From the NCBI GenBank assembly GCA_051362555.1, contig CM120640.1, forward strand, positions 29,655,967 to 29,719,966: a stretch of 64,000 nt of DNA. Reading direction: 5' to 3'. The notes beneath the pieces are model-generated. The model searched no databases. It worked only from the letters and a program-made list of their open reading frames with translations, and was not told the origin of the DNA. The stretch is from Lingula anatina (Eukaryota; Animalia; Brachiopoda). Of this stretch, positions 24,850 through 36,600 are shown one piece after another (within the stretch, counting starts at the first letter, position 1; every line of letters begins with the position of its first letter). The position numbers and the translations under genes are program-made.

Positions 24850-26198
24850 CTGAAAGAAAGACATTGTGAATTTCAATTAATTGTACATGTCTACAAAAAT
24901 GCAAAATGATGAAGGAAAAATTTTCTAATGAGATCAATAATAATCATTGCACCAATTTTATTTTGAGCAATTCATAGCCTTTATTGGTTAACTGTTTTTT
25001 TTTTCAAAGACAAGGTATTAAAGCTCAATAATTTGTAAAAAAAATTTTTTTGAGAACTTGAACATATTTCATAGAACCAAGCCCACAGGAACAATCAGAA
25101 ACGAATTTTAAAATGCAGAAATCAGCAGTGGAGAAAACTCTACTCTGGTTAAATATGCAATTGGGCCATTACAAAGCTGTCAGGGCCAAAAAAGTCTCAA
25201 AAATTCATGGAAAACTAATTTCCGAGGGTAAACAGTAATTCCCTATATTCTGACCAGTCTTTGCATGACTTAAATCATCATTCCAAACCACAAAAAAAAG
25301 CAACCCCCAAGTTAAAATTTATAGCTTCCGTGTAAGCAAAATGGTCAGATTTTCACAATGCACATTTCATTTCCAATATGTATAGGTAAGCAAAAAATAT
25401 TTTTAAACAAACTATGGTGTTTACCTCACATTTAGGGTTGAAAAGAAATTAAAGGAAAAGAAAACTTGGCAAATAAACGATCCTGAAGAACATGTGAGGT
25501 AATGAAATTTGCCCTGACAGCCTCTCTAACATGTAAATTGTATTTTATTTATTAGCATAGGTCTTTCTCACTTATTTATCATGATGGTTCCTTAGAGGCA
25601 GTTGTGGATAACATTAATAGATAATTTTTAATAAATCACAAACCAAAAGTTGAATGAAATGTAATTTTTTTTAGATTCAACTCTATTTATAGAAATATTT
25701 TGATGAGCAATTGATCACAGTTTTATAAGAAATAAAGAGAATAAACAGTATTTCTTTGTTGGCTAAAAGGGAAGCTATACTTTATAAATTATAACTTGTT
25801 TAATGTAATATAGATATGATGTTTACAAGGTACACTACAAATTAGATCAATTATCTCATTTTCAATTTGATTAGATGCCCAAATGATCCAATGCATTACT
25901 GTAATACATACCTTCCTCAATCTGAATTTTCTACATTCTGTACCCATCCACTATGCTCCTGAATTTAAACTGGCTTGATAGCTGTATACTCATTTGCTGC
26001 TTGTCTCATATAAACAAAGACTTAGACAGGATACCACACATCTGATAACACCTAATAGGCGGTTACTGTTACTAGTGTAACAATAGCTACAGGAGTAGTG
26101 ACCTAATAATAGGTGCCAGGCTAACAAAAGAAATTCACAGTTGTTGAATCTATGGTTATGGTTGGTGGAGTAGGGCATTCTCTAGCTAACATCAGTTG

Positions 26199-26365
26199 CA
26201 GGCCCGTAGCCAGCAATTTCAAAAGGGGGGTTCTTTTTCTGAAAAAGTGGACCTTTTCCCATAAAAACTTCATGTACCTAGATCAAATTTTACCCAGAGT
26301 GGACCTTTTTCCAGCAAAAGGGGCGGTTCTTTCGAACCCCCCAAACCCCCCTGGCTACGGGCCTG
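26199..26365. mobile_element. 167-bp MITE inside the inner CACTA-type copy
   Basis: TIRs CAGGCCCGTAGCCAG / CTGGCTACGGGCCTG, flanked by AGTTG on both sides. Confidence 0.85.
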
Positions 26366-26639
26366 AGTTGACTTTTAAATCTTACAAGTGATTGAGCATA
26401 AAATTTATCTTTATAATCATTAATTTGTCCTTGTTCCCCATCCTTTATGAGGGACAGTACTATACCCTTAATGTTCACTTACTTTTACATTATACAGTAT
26501 TTTATATATTAGGCAGGATTGCACTTTCACTTTTTAAAACAGCCAAGGTCAAGTACAGTCTGATTATAGATCAGGTTGACTTTCAATAAATATGAAATAT
26601 GAAGTGAATATGATCACACAAAAAGTAAAAATACATTAT

Positions 26640-27450
26640 ATACTGATATTTAGACCAGTTTCATTATTTTTCATTCAACCTGGCCTTATAAAAATTCACA
26701 ATTAATATGGATTAACATAGAATTTCCTATATATAGGTTCCTATAGAAATTCCTATAAGATTTCCTATAGCATCCTATAGTAAATTTTGATGGTCTGAAC
26801 ATAAATTAAAAATCAAAATCATATACTGATAATTAAACCAGATTCATTATTTTTCATTCAACCTGGCCTTACAAAAATTCCCTATATGCATTGGCATAGG
26901 ATTTCCTATAGGAATTCCTATAAGATTTCCTATAGGATCCAATAGGAATTTTTGTAATGGTCTGAAAATAAATTAAAAATCAAAATCATATACTGATATT
27001 TAAACCAGATTCATTATTTTTCATTCAACCTGGCCTTATAAAAATTCCCTATATGAATTATATTAGCATAGGATTTCCTATAGGTTCCTATAGAAATTCC
27101 TATAAGCTTTCCTATAGGATCCTATAGAATCCTATAGAATTTTTTTTAATGGTCTGAACATAAATTAAAAACCAAAATCATAAACTGATATTTAAACCAG
27201 ATTCATTATTTCGGCCTTATAAAAATTCCCTATATGAATTAGCCTTGGATTTCTTATAGGTTCCTATAGAAATTCCTATAAGATTTCCTATAGGATCCTA
27301 TAGGAAATCTTATAGGATCCTATAGGAAATCCTATAGGATCCTATAGGAAATCTTATAGGATCCTATAGGAAATCCTATAAGATCCTATAGGAATTCCTA
27401 TAGGATCCTATAGGATCCTATAGGAATTTTTGTAATGGTCTGAACATAAA
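26640..27450. repeat. ~170-190-bp internal tandem units of the CACTA-type element (4 in the inner copy, ~3 in the outer copy at 28050-28545)
   Basis: Repeated TACTGATATTTAAACCAGATTCATTATTTTTCATTCAACCTGGCCTTA...CCTATAGG...GGTCTGAACATAAATTAAAAATCAAAATC. Confidence 0.85.
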
Positions 27451-28805
27451 TAAAAAAAAAATCAGCTTTAGTGATTTGGTACAAAAACATTCCGAATGAT
27501 AAAATATTTCTCCATAAAAGATTACTTTAAAATGATCAATTTTTTTCAAAAATTCTTTTAAAAAAAATTACAGAATTTCTATAGAATCCTATAGAAGACT
27601 ATAAGATTGTGCATTATAAACAATAAAAAGCATTTTTGCTTTAATAGTGATATATAATTGACAATTCAACTGATAAAATGGACCTATATCAAATATCTAT
27701 TGTTTAGAATGATATATGTTTATAAAATATGCATTTTTCTCAAGATTTTAACTTACAACAATTTCCTATAGGATCCTATAGGAAATCCTATAGGAAATGT
27801 GCCCTATAGGATCCTATAAGATTTCCTATAGGATCCTATAGGATCCTATAGGAATCCTATAGGATCCTATAGGAAATTTTCGTAAGGGATGCACAATCTT
27901 ATAGTCTTCTATAGGATTCTATAGAAATTCTTTAATTTCTTTTTTAAAGAATTTTTGAAAAAATTGATCATTTTAAAGTAATCTTTTATAGAGAAATATT
28001 TTATCATTAGGAATGTTTTTGTACCAAATCATTGAAGCTGATTTTTTTTTTAATTCATGTTCAGACCATTACAAAAATCTTATAGGAATTTCTATAGGAA
28101 CCTATAGGAAATCCTATGCTAATATAATTCATTTAGGGAATTTTTATAAGCCAGGTTGAATGAAAAATAATGAATCTGGTTTAAATATTAGTATATGATT
28201 TTGATTTTTAATTTATGTTCAGACCATTACAAAAATTCCTATTGGATCCTATAGGAAATCTTATAGGAATTCCTATAGGAAATCCTATGCCAATTCATAT
28301 AGGTAATTTTTGTAAGGCCAGGTTGAATGAAAAATAATGAATCTGGTTTAAATATCAGTATATGATTTTGATTTTTAATTTATGTTCAGACCATCAAAAA
28401 ATACCTAAAGGATGCTATAGGAAATCTTATAGGAATTTCTATAGGAACCTATAGGAAATCCTATGTTAATCCATATTAATTGTGAATTTTTATTAGGCCA
28501 GGTTGAATGAAAAATAATGAAACTGGTCTAAATATCAGTATATAATGTATTTTTACTTTTTGTGTGATCATATTCACTTCATATTTCATATTTACTGAAA
28601 GTCAACCTTATCTAATTAGACTGTACTTGACCTTGGCTGTTGTGAAAGTGCAATCCTGCCTAATATATAAAATATAATGTAAAAGTAAGTGAACATTTAG
28701 GGTATAGTACTAGCTGTCCCTCATAAAGGATGGGAAACAAGGACAAATTAATGTTTATAAAGATAAATTTTATGCTCAATCACTTGTAAGATTTAACAGT
28801 CAACT

Positions 28806-28973
28806 CAGGCCTGTAGCCAGGGGGGGTTCGGGGGGTTCGAAAGAACTGCCCCTTTTGCTGGAAAAAGGTCCACTCTGGGTAAAATTTGATCTAGGTACAT
28901 GACATTTTTATGGGAAAAGGTCCACTTTTTCAGAAAAAGAACCCCCCTTTTGAAATTGCTGGCTACGGGCCTG
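28806..28973. mobile_element. The same MITE at the equivalent site in the outer copy
   Basis: CAGGCCTGTAGCCAG ... CTGGCTACGGGCCTG flanked by CAACT on both sides. Confidence 0.85.
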
Positions 28974-30330
28974 CAACTGATGTTAGCTAGAGAATGCCCT
29001 ATTCCACCAACCATAACCATAGATTCAACAACTGTGAATTTCTTTTGTTAGCTTGGCACCTATTATTAGGTCACTACTCCTGTAGCTATTGTTACACTAG
29101 TAACAGTAACCGCCTATTAGGTGTTATCAGATGTGTGGTATCCTGTCTAAGTCTTTGTTTATATGAGACAAGCAGCAAATGAGTGTACAGCTATCAAGCC
29201 AGTTTAAATTCAGGAGCATAGTGGAAGGGTACAGAGTGTAGAAAAATCAAATTGAGGAAGGTATGTATTACAGTAATGCATTGGATCATTTGGGCATTTA
29301 ATCAAATTGAAAATGAGATGATTGATCTAATTTGTAGTGTACCTTGTAAACATCATATCTATATTACATTAAACAAGTTATAATTTATAAAGTATAGCTT
29401 CCCTTTTAGCCAACAAAGAAATACTGTTTATTCTCTTTATTTCTTATAAAACTGTGATCAATTGCTCATCAAAATATTTCTATAAATGCAGTTGAATCAA
29501 AAAAAAAAAAATTACATTTCATATAACTTTTGGTTTGTGATTTATTAAAAATGATCTATTAATGTTATCCACAACTGCCTCAAAGGAACCATCATGATAT
29601 ATAACTGAGAAAGACCTATGCTAATAAATAACATACAATTAACATGTTAGAGAGGCTGTCAGGGCAAATTTCATTACCTCACATGTTCTTCAGGATCGTT
29701 TATTTGCCAAGTTTTCTTTTCATTTAATTTCTTTTCAACCGTAAATGTGAGGTAAACACCATAGTTTGTTTAAAAATATTTTTTGCTTACCTATACATAT
29801 TGGAAATGAAATGTGCATTGTGAAAATCTGACCATTTTGCTTACACGGAAGCTATAAATTTTAACTTGGAGTTGCTTTTTTTGTGGTTTGGACTGATGAT
29901 TTAAGTCAAGCAAAGACTGGTCAGAATATAGGGAATTACTGTTTACCCTCGGAAATTAGTTTTCCATGAGTTTTTGAGACTTGGCCCTGGCCCTTGGCCC
30001 TGACAGCTCTGTAATGGCCCAATTGCATATTTAACCAGAGTAGAGTTTTCTCCACTGCTGATTTCTGCATTTTAAAATTCGTTCTTGATTGTTCCTGTGG
30101 GCTTGGTTCTATGAAATATGTTCAAGTTCTTAAAAATTTTTTTTTTACAAATTATCCAGCTTTAATACCTTGTCTTTGAAAAAAACAGTTAACTAATAAA
30201 GGCTATGAAATGCTCAAAATAAAATTGGTGCAATAATTATTATTGATCTCATTAGAAAATTTTTCCTTCATCATTTTGCATTTTTGTAGACATGTACAAT
30301 TAATTGAAATTCACAATGTTTTTCTTTTAG

Positions 30331-30690
30331 ATTGTGTCTGCAAATGGTTCAACACAACTTAGACGGAGTTTAAGAAGACTATCACAGTAAAGTTGACCAA
30401 TGTGCAAAAGACTTTTGTCTAAAATTCTTCAATTATTAAGTGACTAAAGCAGTATGCTGACAATGTACACAATCTGGCCAAGGGAGGTTTTAGCCACTCA
30501 TTCTGGCAGGAGTTCGAACGCACACAAGAAAAAGACAGTGATGCCACAGCTTGACAAGATATATTTGATCCTTGTGATAACTTATAGAACTTATAATTCA
30601 AAAGCAGTAGCAGCATCGTTAAATTTGCAAAAATCTATGAAACAATTCTCTAGTAAGCTGGTTGCATAACATACTGTGGAATATGTACAT
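30331..30690 (+). pseudogene. Decayed BEN-domain-like exon in the outer element
   Basis: Mirror of 24487-24849. Acceptor TTTTCTTTTAG at 30330; ORF 30454-30669 has an extra premature stop. Confidence 0.55.
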
Positions 30691-33638
30691 TTATACATTT
30701 TTATATATTGAATAAAGAATGTAAACATGATACTCTCTTTTGTTTTGAGGGACCAGTGCCTATAACCAATTTTGCCTAAGTTCCAACAATATATAAAAAG
30801 CTGTAAAAATATTCAAAACAGTTAATATAAATTTCTATAGGTTCCTATAAGATTTCCTATAGGATCCTATAAGATTTCCTATAGGATTCTATAGGAAATT
30901 GGGCCAATTTCCTATAGGAACCTATAGGAAATTCTATAGGATCCTATAGGAAATCTTATAGGATCCTATAGGAAATTGGGCCAATTTCCTATAGGAACCT
31001 ATAGGAAATTCTATAGGATCCTATAGGATATTCTATAGGATCCTATAGGAAATTGGGCCAATTTCCTATAGGAACCTATAGGAAATTCTATAGGATCCTA
31101 TAGGATATTCTATAGGATCCTATAGGAAATTGGGCCAATTTCCTATAGGAACCTATAGGAAATTCTATAGGATCCTATAGGAAATTTCCTATAGGAATCC
31201 TATAGGAAATTTTCGTAAGGGTTAGTGGTAAAATACAATAGAATATATTTCCATGCGTTGTTTACAATGTATTTCATGCGGATTTTTGAATCTCAAAGGA
31301 AGAGTTATTATTGCTTTAAGGTTTATTCATTACTTGAAAGTAAATATTTCATCTTGCAGTGTTGAAACAGAAATTCTCTCAATATTGATAATGAATTTTA
31401 CATGCATATCTTAACACTACTCAAGTTTTTTTTTCTTCTATTATAGATATGGGAGAAAGCTGCGTTGAATATATGAATTATGGTCAGGCTGGAAAAAATT
31501 TTAAAATGTCAATGAAAAAAGGAGGTCAGCGTGTCTGGGGTAAGTTACTTGTCATAATGCCTAAGATGCATTAAACATTCACTAACAACAGTACACTTTT
31601 TAATTTTTTTCAAAATACAACAACCTTGGGCATTTTCCTTTTAGCAACCAGCCTCTCTGAAATCCCCTTTTTGTCCTGTCAGAAGAGTAGGAACCAGGGC
31701 GGATTTAAATAATTTCTTGTAATAAGTACAATTTCTTTCAATTTCTTGGGGTTATTAGCTTGTGATCATGAATCTTGATATTCTACATAAATTTAGTTGT
31801 AAATTGTTCATTTATGTGGTGAACATTATTTCAGTCAAGTCATAACAAGACACATTAAACTTCACTGCGTAATTCCATGATGTCTACATGGATACTAGTA
31901 GTTCATAATGCTATTATTATGTTTTTTTTTTCTAACCTACAGGTTTTTCTCTTTTCTGAGTGGCATGGCATTGGCAGGCAGAAGAAAGGGCCCTGAAGAA
32001 ATTCTCACTTGGTTTGTCCTTTTTGGAGAAGAAACTGGATAAGACTGGCCAACAGAGATTGCATTAAATTAATAGTGCTCCTTCATGACATTTTAAAATA
32101 TTTTCAGTCACCTAACTGACTCTATACATTTCAAAAGTTGACATAAATTTTATGTTACTGTCACGTGGAAAAAAATCAAAACCTATATATAATTTGTTGA
32201 GTGCCATGGTATAACAGTCTACTTGATTGCCAGTAAAATTTGGACTGTTTCAGTGAAATTTCTTTAAAGCAGTCACTTACTGGCCCAGTTAATTTTTTCA
32301 GCTGTAACATGTACTCCAGTTCATTTTATAAATGTAATTACTAAGTGTTCTCTTGATTTATAATAACCTTTTGAAAATCCCATGTTTTTTATCCTATTTG
32401 TAAGAATTAGCCACTTTATCTTCTAGGTTTTTTTTTTTCATTCAGCCCATTAGATTCTCAGACCTTGCTGGCCTGTGAGTGGAATAGTATCTGGCACAGA
32501 CTGGTATCAGCAAGTCAGATAAAAAAAGAATGTAATTATTTCTATTTGCACAGTTGAAAAAAATTCCAACACAGACTGCATAAAACTGGAAAACTATAGC
32601 AACTTAATCATTCTTATGACTTCATTAATTACTGCTTATGTGTAAAATTTTGTTTTTGTTCTTCTATTGATATAATAAAATGGTTTTACTCACAGATGCT
32701 ACTATCATGATGCTGGAGTATAGAGTTGACTTAAAAGATATTTTAAGTTAATATAGTAAATAATAGTTGAAATTCAAAATTCTCATCTTTATTTGTTTCA
32801 CTTTAAAGAGCTCAGTTAATACTAAAATTTCTGATATATTTTGAATATAAATATATTTATGAATGAATAAAAATTATACTTAATGTTGAGCACTGTGCAC
32901 TTGTTTACCGACAAATAAGAAGGGTTAGTATGTGTCAAAATAATCCTGAAAATAAAAAGGGAGATTTCCAAGATAAAGAAATTTATAATGAGTATTTAGT
33001 AAACTGACATGTCGTGGAATTGCCTCAACCTTTGATTAAAATTTCACTTTAATGCATTATGATATTAAAATTATACCGAGTGAGAGAAAAAAATACTTAA
33101 AGAAATTAAAACCAGTCACAAAGCTTAGGCACTGTCTCAATGTATATGTTTATGGGACCAAAGGGCAGGGGGGTCCAAACGTTTATGTATTAATATTATG
33201 CCCTTTGGCAGTGAGGACAGACGTTCACTTGAATGTCATTTTCACAAACCACAGTTGGGACGTTTTCTTTTGACTTATCCTTGGTGATTTTTCACTGTGT
33301 TGTGCAAAAGAAAAGCCATCTATCACCGACTCAAAAAAACTCATGGCGACCATCCTCAGTCACCACCTTATAATCGCTTTCTACGATATCGTTCCCTCCC
33401 AGCACATCGTCCAAATAACTACCTGTGAAAAAAATTGTCAGCATACAGCGCCGCTTTGACACTACTGATCTCCAATTCTAACGCGAAATAACGCATATTA
33501 AATCAATCTCCAAGCGGAGGAGAGCGACCCAGACGAAACCTTGAGACAGGAGGCCCCCCGTAGCTAGCTCCACCCACCGTAACAGACATCGGACAATAGA
33601 GAGGCTTGCGTGTAATCTCCTTCTGTTATAACTCCATG

Positions 33639-36600
33639 CTCACATTAAGATCAAATATTATGATTTGAGTTCGTTTGTGTAGGAGGTGAAAAATTACCCA
33701 TAATTCATCTGGAAAGCAATATATACCCATTCAAGACTTCTCCTTACTACCAATACCAGATGCAGATTCCTCCTTACAATCGGTTTCTGGAATCGGGTTA
33801 AGCACATCATTTGAATATGTCCTAAAGCTTGCCATATACCATCTATTGTACACATGGATGAGACAAAGCATTGCTCTTGCTGTTGTCTTTTGCTGCCTGT
33901 TCTTTCCATAGGAATTAGCCATGACCAGACAGGAAGAATCAGTTCACCAAAAAAGACACCATGCTGTATGCAAAAGGGCACCTGAAAAAAGAACAATATG
34001 TTTGAAAAAAGTGAAAATTAAATTCTAAAAATTGACAAATTTCCCACACTAAAATAGTTAAACATTTATAATTTTGATAAAGTTAACCTTCACAGTTGAA
34101 TGTGATTAATAAATAGGATGTTTTTGGAATATGTAAAATTGAGAAAACTGAAAATGACATTGAAAAAACTGCAAAATGCGGTGCCTTAAAATAGTTAAAC
34201 GTTAATAATTTTCACAAATCTTGTCAAATATTTGTGAAATTTGAACAGATGATGCATAACAATATAAAAAATCTGAGATAAGCTCATAAGTTGACTGTGT
34301 CTCATGAAAAAGATTTTTTTGGACAATAATTTTCAGTAAACTGAAAATAACACGGAAAAGACTGCCAAATTCCATGGTATAAAATAGTCAAACGTTAATC
34401 ACTTTCACAAATCTTGTTTGATATCGTGTTCAAAATATGTGATAAGCTCATCAGTTGACAGTGTGTAATAGAAGTGTAGTTGTTTGACATTTTGTATGGG
34501 AAGAGTGAGAATTACAATGTATCTAAAACATTTTTTTTCAATTTCACAACATCTAATTAGCCTCACATTAAACATCATATGTTATGATTTGAGTTTGTTT
34601 GTGTAAGAGGTGACAAATTACCCATTATTGTCCTCTGGAAAAGAATATATACCCATTTAAGACATCTCCTTACTACCAATACCAGATGCAGATTCCTCCT
34701 TACAATCGGTTTCTGGAATCGGGTTAAGCACACCATTTGACAATGTCCTAAAACTTGCCAAATACCATCTATTGTACACATGGATGAGACATAGCATTGC
34801 TCTTGCTGTTGTCTTTTGCTGCCTGTTCTTTCCATAGGAATTAGCCATGACCAGACAGGAAGAATCAGTTCACCAAAAAAGCCACCACGCTGTATGGAAA
34901 AGGGCACCTGAAAAAAGAACAATATGTTTGATAAAAGTGAAAATTAAATTCTAAAAATTGACAAATTTCCCACACTAAAATAGTTAAACATTTATAATTT
35001 TGATAAAGTTAACCTTAACAGTTGACTGTGTCTAATAAAAAGGATATTTTCGGAACATATAAAATTGAGAAAACTAAAAATGACATTGATAATACTGCCA
35101 AATGCGGTGCCTTAAAATAGTTAAACATTAATAATTTTCACAAATCTTGTCTAATATTTGTGAAATTGGGATAGATGATGCATAACAAAAATAGAAATCT
35201 GTGATAAGTTCATCAGTTGAATGTGTCTTATGAAAAATATTTTTCAAAGCAAAGGAATTGCAGAGAACTGAAAATTACATTGAAAAGACTGCCAAATGTG
35301 GTGCCTTAAAATAGTTAAACGTTAATAATTTTCACAAATTTTGTCTAATATTTGTGAAATTTGGACAAATGATGCATAACAACAATAAAAATCTGTGATA
35401 AGCTCATCAGTTGAATGTGTCTCATGAAAAAGATTTTTTGGAAAATAAATTGGAGAAAACTGAAAATAACACTGAAAATACTGCCAAATTCCATGGTATA
35501 AAATAGTTAAATGTAAATAATTTTCATAAATCTTGTCCAATATTTGTGGAATTTGGACAGATGATGCTTAACAATAACAAAAATCTGTGATAAGCTTAAC
35601 AGTTGACAGTGTGTAATAGAATTGTAGTTGTTTGACATTTTGTATGGGAAGAGTGAGAATTATTTAAACCATTTTTTTTCAATTTCACAACATCTAATTA
35701 GCCTCACATTAAACATCAAATATTATGATTTGAGTTTGTTTGTGTAAGAGGTGACAAATTACCCATAACTGTCCTCTGGAAAAGAATACATACCCATTTA
35801 AGACATCTTCTTACTACCAATACCAGATGCAGATTCCTCCTTACAATCTGTTTCTGGAATCGGATTAAGCACACCATTTGACAATGTCCTAAAGCTTGCC
35901 ATATACCATCTATTGTACACATGGATGAGACATAGCATTGCTCTTGCTGTTGTCTTTTGCTGTATGTTTTTTCTACAGGAATTAGCCCTGAGCGGACAGG
36001 AAGAATCAGTTCACCAAAAAAGCCATCATGCTGTATGGAAATGGTCACCTGGAAAAAGAACAATATCTTTGAAAAAAGTGAAAATTAAATTCTAAAAACT
36101 GACAAATTTCCCACACTAAAATAGTTAAACATTTATAATTATGATAAAGTTAACCTTAACAGTTGACTGTGTCTAATAAAAAGGATATTTTCGGAACATA
36201 TAAAATTGAGAAAACTAAAAATTACATTGAAAAGACTGCAAAATGAGGTGCCTTAAAATAGTTAAACATTAATAATTTTCACAAATCTTGTCTAATATTT
36301 GTGAAATTTGGATAAATGGTGCATAACAACAATAAAAATCTGTGATAAGCTCATCAGTTGAATGCGTCTCGTGAAAAAAGATTTCTCAGAGCAAATGAAT
36401 TGCAGAGATCTGAAAATTACATTGATAAAACTGCCAAATGTGGTGCCATAAAATAGTTAAACATTAATAATTTTCACAAATCTTGTCTAATATTTGTGAA
36501 ATTTCGACAGATGATGCATAACAATAATAAAAATCTGTGATAAGCTCATCAGTTGAATGCGTCTTGTGAAAAAAGATTTCTCAGAGCAAATGAATTGCAG

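Larger units (their letters stand above)
23933..27888 (-). mobile_element. Inner copy of the same CACTA/CMC-type family (3,956 bp), inserted in reverse orientation
   Basis: Ends CCCTTAAGAAAATTTCCTATAGG / CCTATAGGAAATTTTCGTAAGGG and 2-bp TSD AT. The uninterrupted target TTTATAATGCACAATC is seen (reverse complement) in the inner copy at ~27604-27620. Mirror ORFs 25990/28994, 26152/28805 and 24487/30454. Confidence 0.92.
23657..31221 (+). mobile_element. CACTA/CMC-type non-autonomous element, outer copy (own sequence 23657-23932 + 27891-31221, ~3.6 kb)
   Basis: TIRs CCCTTACGAAAATTTCCTATAGGA / TCCTATAGGAAATTTTCGTAAGGG, 2-bp TSD TT, and subterminal arrays of TCCTATAGGA. Confidence 0.88.
21577..33638. 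mobile_element. P-element-like non-autonomous DNA transposon (12,062 bp including nested cargo; ~4.5 kb without)
   Basis: 31-bp TIRs CAAGGAGTTATAACAGAAGGAGATTACACGC (21577-21607) and GCGTGTAATCTCCTTCTGTTATAACTCCATG (33608-33638; 1 mismatch). 7-bp TSD CTCACAT (21570-21576; 33639-33645). The empty site matches the satellite unit (TAGCCTCACATTAA). CA-starting TIRs with a 7-8-bp TSD fit the P superfamily. Confidence 0.9.

Noticed and set aside
23933-31221. Assembly-artefact palindrome or single Foldback element
   Set aside because: The arms differ in substitutions, indels and repeat numbers, and four termini with two separate TSDs are explained by a nested insertion.
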